Positions 58,640 to 64,000 of a DNA stretch of 64,000 nt are shown here, one piece after another. The position numbers and the translations under genes were made by a program. The notes under the pieces were generated by a model. It searched no databases, had not been told where the DNA came from, and saw only the letters and a list, made by a program, of their open reading frames with translations. The stretch is from an uncultured Acidobacteriota bacterium (GTDB lineage Bacteria; Acidobacteriota; UBA6911). The stretch's first letter is position 1. The number at the start of each line of letters is the position of its first letter. The stretch covers positions 960,001-1,024,000 of the forward strand of contig CAWEJX010000020.1 of NCBI GenBank assembly GCA_963809485.1, given 5' to 3'.

Positions 58640-58640
58640 C

Positions 58641-58887
58641 GCACATTGAGCGGTTCATGCGAAGCCTGAAGGAGGAGTGCCTGGAGCGCATGATCTTCTT
58701 CGGAGAGAAATCGCTCCATGCCGCCACAGTAAGCTATGTGGATCATTTTCTTACGGAGCGCAACCATCAGGGGGTGGGCAACCGGCTGCTGATTCCTGGG
58801 AGGGAAGTCGGCGAGAGGGCCGGTGAGGTCGTGTGCCGGCAACGGCTCGGTGGACTGCTGCGTTACTATTTCCGCGAAGCTGCATGA
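58641..58887 (+). pseudogene. rve transposase, 3' part
   Basis: HIERFMRSLKEECL...ERNHQGVGN...RLGGLLRYYFREAA. Confidence 0.88.
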
Positions 58888-59063
58888 CCTCGGTCGATTC
58901 ATCACGGAAGCCGTTCGGGAGCAGCCTGATCGTGTGCACAGCCGTCCGTGCATGGCCGAGGAACCAAATGGTTAATCCGGTCCTTTTCCTCCCCAGTATC
59001 CAGAATTCGTCCGTCAGTCTATTGAGATCGGCCGGACATGTTCCGCCACTATCTACCCTTCCT

Positions 59064-59155
59064 GACTATGTCGAGTAGCACCTACTGCAATCGATCTCAA
59101 CCCGAAGATTCCAAGTCATGGCACCACTGCGGTGAGCGTGTTACTCGACATAGTC
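59064..59155. repeat. Terminal/subterminal inverted repeats of the outer RIT element
   Basis: GACTATGTCGAGTA (59064-59077) and TACTCGACATAGTC (59142-59155), similar to the GACTATGCCG boxes of the inner RIT. Confidence 0.65.
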
Positions 59156-59164
59156 TTTTCGATC

Positions 59165-59374
59165 CTACAGGCTGTTAAGGAAGCCCAATAGCTGATCACC
59201 TGGTTGATAACGGGTTGCCTTGCCATTGGGCGGTGCTGTTTTGGCGAGAGCTTGCTCCTTCATCGCCAACGTCGCCTCCAGATAGATCTGGGTCGTCTCA
59301 ACTGACTCATGGCCCAACCACAATGCAATCACGGAACGATCGACGCCCGCCTGTAGAAGGTCCATGGCCATTGT
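59165..59374 (-). pseudogene. Outer RIT third recombinase, 3' fragment
   Basis: TMAMDLLQAGVDRSVIALWLGHESVETTQIY continues HRLRH from 62830. Confidence 0.9.
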
Positions 59375-59554
59375 GTGTCTCCTATGCCGGTACCGGCATA
59401 GGAGACACTATGCCGGGTTCCGGACTATGCCGGGTAAAGCGATCTTTGCCGTATCAAACCTCTGGTTGATGTAATTTCATCCGGCATAGTTTTACGCCTC
59501 GATTTCTAGGTTTGTGCGATCTTTCCTGGATGCTAACCCAAAGGAGAAGATCGT

Positions 59555-60793
59555 ATGAACCAACTGTTGGAAGACCTCAGAATATCTGCCCGGGTAGAGG
59601 AAGGCCCCCTCGGACCGTATATCGGCTCCTATGCTGCACAGCTGCTTTCGGAGGGGTATGCAAGACACTCAAGCTGCGTGAAGATCCGGCTCGTTGGTGC
59701 GTTTAGCCGATGGCTGAGTCGCAAGCACATAGCTGCCAATAAGCTGGTAGATCAGCACCCAGTCGATTTTTTACGCTATCGCAATCGATGCGGCCATCGC
59801 CTTGGTCTAGGTGATCCAGCGACCATAATGCGCGTGTTGAAGTTGCTTCGCGAGCAAGACGTGATCGTGCAGGGACCGGCCCAGGCGCCAACAACGCCGA
59901 GCGAGCGTCTGGTGGAAGAGTACGATATTTATTTGCAGAGGGAGCGAGTGCTCTCTCTGGCAACACGGATCAATTATCGGCCCTTTATTCAGAAGTTTCT
60001 GACCGTTCGGTTTGGGAAAGGTCCGGCCAAACTCTCTCGCCTGCGTACCACAGACATCATTGGATTTGTACGGTGTCATGCCCGACAAATACACAGCAAA
60101 CGCGTTCAGCTGATGACCACCGCGCTTCGCTCTTTCCTGCGATTTGCCCGTTATCGTGGCGACATCACCCTTGATCTGGCCGCCTGTGTCCCCGCAGTGG
60201 CGAGTTGGTCCTTATCCACGCTACCGCGAGCTCTTCCCCCGGCACATGTAAAGCTGGTTTTGGAACACTGCAACAGACAAACAGCCGTAGGCCGCCGCGA
60301 CTACGCAATCCTGTTGTTACTCGCCCGCCTTGGCCTGCGAAGCGGAGAAGTTGCCGGTCTCGGTTTGGAGGACATTGATTGGAAGAACGGGTTATTCTCG
60401 GTTGTGGGCAAAGGGGGCTCCTCGTCTCCGTTACCTCTTCCTGCAGATGTAGGCAACGCAATCGCTGCCTACCTGAAGGACGGCCGGCCGCGACTATCCG
60501 GCAACCGGCGAGTATTTCTCCGGGCCAGAGCACCGATGGTCGGGTTCACGAGTATGGCGGTGCGCGATGTCGTCAAACGCGCTCTTGCCCGAGCCGGAAT
60601 TGATTCACCGCGAAAAGGTGCGCACCAGTTTCGTCACGCGCTGGCTACAGGCATGCTGAACCGAGGAGCCTCTTTGAGCGAGATCGGAGAACTCCTGCGG
60701 CACCAAAACCCGGATACAACCAGAATCTATGCGAAAGTCGATCTGGCTTCGCTGCGTACTGTAGCAATGCCATGGCCAGGAGGTGGGCGATGA
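59555..60793 (+). CDS. RIT tyrosine recombinase A
   Basis: RDYAILLLLARLGLRSGEV, GKG, AHQFRH, LRHQ...TRIY. Confidence 0.93.
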   Translation: MNQLLEDLRISARVEEGPLGPYIGSYAAQLLSEGYARHSSCVKIRLVGAFSRWLSRKHIAANKLVDQHPVDFLRYRNRCGHRLGLGDPATIMRVLKLLREQDVIVQGPAQAPTTPSERLVEEYDIYLQRERVLSLATRINYRPFIQKFLTVRFGKGPAKLSRLRTTDIIGFVRCHARQIHSKRVQLMTTALRSFLRFARYRGDITLDLAACVPAVASWSLSTLPRALPPAHVKLVLEHCNRQTAVGRRDYAILLLLARLGLRSGEVAGLGLEDIDWKNGLFSVVGKGGSSSPLPLPADVGNAIAAYLKDGRPRLSGNRRVFLRARAPMVGFTSMAVRDVVKRALARAGIDSPRKGAHQFRHALATGMLNRGASLSEIGELLRHQNPDTTRIYAKVDLASLRTVAMPWPGGGR

Positions 60794-61710
60794 ACAGCCT
60801 CCGCAAAGCGGTCAAGGACTACATTGAGATGCGCCGCGCCTTAGGATACAAGATGAGGAAGGCGAGAGTTCTATTGCCGCAGTTTATCAACTTCTTGCAC
60901 CAGCAAGGTTCATCGGTTATCACGATCCCGCTGGCCCTTCAATGGGCACAAAGCAACAGAGGGGTGCAACCTACCGAGTGGGCCCAGCGATTGACCACCG
61001 TCCGTTGTTTTGCTCGTCACTGGAGTGCCACCGACCCTCGAACTCAAATTCCGCCATGGGGCTTACTGCCGCATCGCCCCAAGCGAGCACGACCGTACTT
61101 GTATAGCGACGAAGAAGTTCAGCAACTCCTGCAATCCGCACGTCGGTTAGGTGGTTTGCGCGGTCTGACCTACTACTGTTTGTTCGGATTGTTATGCGTC
61201 GCTGGCCTGAGAATCAGCGAGGCGTTGAACCTGCGATCGGTGGATGTCGATTTGGTAACCGGCGTTCTGACCGTCCGTGGAGCGAAGTTCGGCAAGTCCC
61301 GATTGGTGCCGATTCATGCCACGACACAAAAGGTTCTCTCTGAGTACGTGAAGTATCGTGACCGTACTTTTGCTCGAGAACTCTCCTTTTTCTTTGTCTC
61401 TAAACGTGGCAATCGCCTTGATGGAGGCGAAGTACGGCGTACCTTTTACGCCCTGTCACGCGAAATCGGGCTGCGTGGCCCGACCGCCAGTCACGGACCA
61501 CGCTTGCACGACTTCCGTCATCGACTGGCTGTCCGAACCCTGGTGCAGTGGTACCGCTGGGGACAAGATGTCGAGCGACGCCTACCCGTATTGTCGACTT
61601 ACCTCGGTCATGTTCACGTCAGCGATACGTACTGGTATCTCACCGCTTGCCCCGAACTAATGGGAATGGCGGTGAAGCGCCTGGAAAAGCACTGGGAGGG
61701 GCAATCATGA
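60790..61710 (+). CDS. RIT tyrosine recombinase B
   Basis: GLRISEAL, KFGKSRLVP, LHDFRH, LSTYLGH...TYWY; ATGA overlap. Confidence 0.93.
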   Translation: MNSLRKAVKDYIEMRRALGYKMRKARVLLPQFINFLHQQGSSVITIPLALQWAQSNRGVQPTEWAQRLTTVRCFARHWSATDPRTQIPPWGLLPHRPKRARPYLYSDEEVQQLLQSARRLGGLRGLTYYCLFGLLCVAGLRISEALNLRSVDVDLVTGVLTVRGAKFGKSRLVPIHATTQKVLSEYVKYRDRTFARELSFFFVSKRGNRLDGGEVRRTFYALSREIGLRGPTASHGPRLHDFRHRLAVRTLVQWYRWGQDVERRLPVLSTYLGHVHVSDTYWYLTACPELMGMAVKRLEKHWEGQS

Positions 61711-62702
61711 AGACCGCCACCTTCTCTGCATTGCTGGAAAGCTTTTTCAGTGAGCGCCTGATCCGTCAGCGCCAGGTGAGCCCTCATACCATCAGTTCCT
61801 ATCGCGATACATTCCGGCTGCTTCTTCAGTTCGCGCAGCGGAGTCTGCACAAGCCGCCATCCCGTTTCGCACTTGAGGACATCGATGCCCCAATGGTTAG
61901 CGCGTTCCTCAATGACATGGAGAACAGTCGCAAGATCACTGCGCGCAGTCGAAATCTTCGTTTGACCGCTATTCGCTCTTTCTTTAACTATACGGCCTAC
62001 GAGGAACCTGCTCACGCACAGCAGATCCAGCGTATCCTGGCAATTCCCGGCAAGAGATACTCCCGAACTTTGGTTCAGTTTCTGAACCGGCCCGAGATTG
62101 ACGCGCTCCTGGCGGCCCCAGATCAACGAACCTGGCTCGGTCGTCGCGATCACGCACTACTGCTTGTGGCGGTTCAGACCGGGTTGCGCTTGTCCGAGCT
62201 GACAGGACTGCAAACTCAAGACGTGCATTTGGCAACAGGAGCCCACGTTCGCTGTTCGGGCAAAGGCCGAAAAGAGCGCTGCACTCCGTTGACCAAGCAC
62301 ACAGTAGCAGCCTTGAAAGCTTGGTTATATGAATCGGCCAAAGGTGCTGCCGAGTGGCTGTTTCCCAGTGCACGCGGCGGTCGGCTGAGTGCCGACGCCG
62401 TGCAGGATTTGTTGGCAAAACACGTGGCAGTCGCGGCCCGGGACTGTCCCTCATTGCGGAAAAAGCGGGTGACCCCGCATGTGCTTAGACACGCCGCCGC
62501 AATGGAATTGCTTCAGTCTGGTGTGGATCGTTCAGTCATTGCCCTCTGGCTGGGACATGAATCTATCGAAACCACCCAAATTTATATAAACGCAGATCTG
62601 GCTCTCAAGGAAAAGGCCCTGGCTAAGACGACGCCTGCCAGCAGTAATCAACGACGTTTTCGGGCCAAAGACTCATTGCTGGAATTTCTCAAAGCCTTGT
62701 GA
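61707..62702 (+). CDS. RIT tyrosine recombinase C
   Basis: SPHTISSYRDTFRLLL, TGLRLSEL, GKGRKER, TPHVLRH, WLGHE...TQIY; ATGA overlap. Confidence 0.93.
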   Translation: MKTATFSALLESFFSERLIRQRQVSPHTISSYRDTFRLLLQFAQRSLHKPPSRFALEDIDAPMVSAFLNDMENSRKITARSRNLRLTAIRSFFNYTAYEEPAHAQQIQRILAIPGKRYSRTLVQFLNRPEIDALLAAPDQRTWLGRRDHALLLVAVQTGLRLSELTGLQTQDVHLATGAHVRCSGKGRKERCTPLTKHTVAALKAWLYESAKGAAEWLFPSARGGRLSADAVQDLLAKHVAVAARDCPSLRKKRVTPHVLRHAAAMELLQSGVDRSVIALWLGHESIETTQIYINADLALKEKALAKTTPASSNQRRFRAKDSLLEFLKAL

Positions 62703-62829
62703 ACTTCAATAACACTATGCGGGACTATGCCGGATGATGGTCAGGGACACGAAGGACCGGAGTCTTTATCAAAGCGGGTTTTCGAATCATCGGTCTCGCT
62801 TTACCCGGCATAGTCCGGAACCCGGCATA

Positions 62830-63618
62830 GTGTCTCAAACGGTGAACGGTGACGCGTTTGTTCTTCAACGACGGGCACTTCCTGGAGGCCATCATACGGT
62901 GTTTTTTCAGCAGGTACTGCACGCCATGGACGCTGAGGCGTTTTCCCATTGCGCTGGGAAACAGCACGTTACCTGCACCGCGTTGCGGCTCACGGAGCCA
63001 GGCCTTCAATATGGCGAGCGTGGATCGGGCAATAGGTGTGCACCGTTCTTTGCGGCCCTTGCCGATTACGCGTACGTGGGCCCCTGCGCCAAGGATAAGA
63101 TCTTCGCGTGTGAGGCCGGTCATCTCCGACAGGCGCAGACCCGTCTGTACGGCAACCAGAAGAAAGGCGTGATCGCGCCGGCCAGACCAGGTGCGCAGAT
63201 CCGGAGCGGCCAGCAAGGCATCGACTTCCGCACGTGTGAGGAACTGGACCAAGGTGCGCGTAAAACGTTTACTGGGAATGGCGAGCACCCGCTGGATCTG
63301 TGCAGAGTGAGCTGGTGCCTCAAACGCTGCATACCGAAAGAAGGAATGAAGCGCGGTGAGCCGTAGATTCCGGCTGCGAATGCTCAAGCCGTGATGTTTC
63401 TCGATGTCATCAAGAAACATCACAATTAAAGGGGCCTCGATCTCCTCGAAGTTTAGACGCGATGGTGGTTTGTGTATCCGCTGCTGGGCGAACTTCAGAA
63501 ACTGGCGGAAGGTATCGCGGTAGGAGCTGATGGTGTGGGGGCTCGCCTGGCGCTGCTGCATCAGGCGCTGTGTGAAGAAGCGTTCCAACAGCGGAGCGAG
63601 GTTAGTGCTGGTCGTCAT
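62830..63618 (-). pseudogene. Outer RIT third recombinase, 5' part, interrupted at HRLRH
   Basis: Homologous to 61707-62702; after HRLRH the frame runs into the inner element IR. Confidence 0.9.
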
Positions 63619-64000
63619 GGCTGATGATCCTCCCAACGGTGCTCGAGCCGACGCATCGCCTCGCGCATCAGCTCCGGTGTGCCGCTCAAATACCACTGCG
63701 TATCAGCCACGTGCACATGGCCGAGGAAAGCGGACAAGAGAGGTAGTTTTCGCTCGGGGTCCTGATTGGATCGATACCAGTGCACGAGTGTGCGGGTCGC
63801 GAATCGATGCCTGAAGTCGTGCAGACGAGGGCCATGACTGTCGGATGGGCCGCGCAGACCGATCTGCCGGGACAGCGCATAAAACGTTCGATGAATGTCT
63901 CCGCTATCCAACCGATTGCCCCAGCTTGAGACGAACAAGTAGGAGGACACCGGCCGCTGCGCCCAATGGCGTTTGCGTCTGCCGATGTAGTCTGCGAGCA
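63615..64000 (-). CDS. Outer RIT second recombinase, 3' part (runs off the window edge)
   Basis: HGPRLHDFRHRFA, LSAFLGHVHVADTQWY; homologous to 60790-61710. Confidence 0.9.
   Translation of the reverse strand, partial: LADYIGRRKRHWAQRPVSSYLFVSSWGNRLDSGDIHRTFYALSRQIGLRGPSDSHGPRLHDFRHRFATRTLVHWYRSNQDPERKLPLLSAFLGHVHVADTQWYLSGTPELMREAMRRLEHRWEDHQP

Larger units (their letters stand above)
55277..58640 (-). mobile_element. Four-gene large-serine-recombinase element (y4bABCD-like) inserted in the rve gene; AGTGC core at both ends
   Basis: AGTGC at 55277-55281 and 58636-58640; removing the insert restores RSPNL-SAHIERF in frame. Confidence 0.9.
59375..62836 (+). mobile_element. Intact RIT (recombinase-in-trio) element inserted in another RIT
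   Basis: Three overlapping tyrosine recombinase genes; perfect 41-bp IRs at 59402-59442 and 62796-62836; GTGTCTC at both junctions; 34-bp palindrome at 59375-59408. Confidence 0.93.

Noticed and set aside
59150-59172. Possible right inverted repeat of the rve element (partial match to 54298-54322)
   Set aside because: The match is weak and overlaps the outer RIT repeat and stop codon, so the right end could not be defined.
62725-62829. C-terminal extension YAGFRTMPGKAR of the 323-aa ORF
   Set aside because: Read-through into the inner RIT inverted repeat; the true C-terminus is at 59165-59374.

Overview
This is a GC-rich bacterial chromosome segment, probably Acidobacteriota (inferred from the TonB-dependent receptor with an N-terminal carboxypeptidase-like domain, the wHTH-TolB-TPR regulator and the small secreted proteins). 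Positions 1-51.5 kb hold accessory metabolism and signalling genes. These include a truncated TonB-dependent receptor, a Tat-exported molybdopterin oxidoreductase with an Fe-S subunit, two DUF169 genes, a hybrid histidine kinase, a TPAT-type TRAP transporter next to an acyl-CoA ligase, and a ZIP/Fur-family pair. There is also an actinobacterial-style FHA / mini-TM peptide / PP2C / Ser-Thr kinase / RodA-PBP fusion / FHA operon. At least seven co-oriented IS200/IS605-derived miniature elements sit in intergenic spaces. Positions 51.6-64 kb are a mobile-element pile-up around tRNA-Thr(CGT): a RAYT-type Y1 transposase with stuttered ends, a group II intron 5' fragment, an rve transposase interrupted by a 3.36-kb large-serine-recombinase element, and a RIT element nested in another RIT. 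The top finding is in the serine-recombinase element. Its DUF5372-like gene has no start codon in the integrated state, but joining the two element ends at the AGTGC core supplies an in-frame RBS and ATG coupled to the recombinase stop, so the gene would exist only in the excised circle. All product calls come from motif recognition, and no database searches were run.
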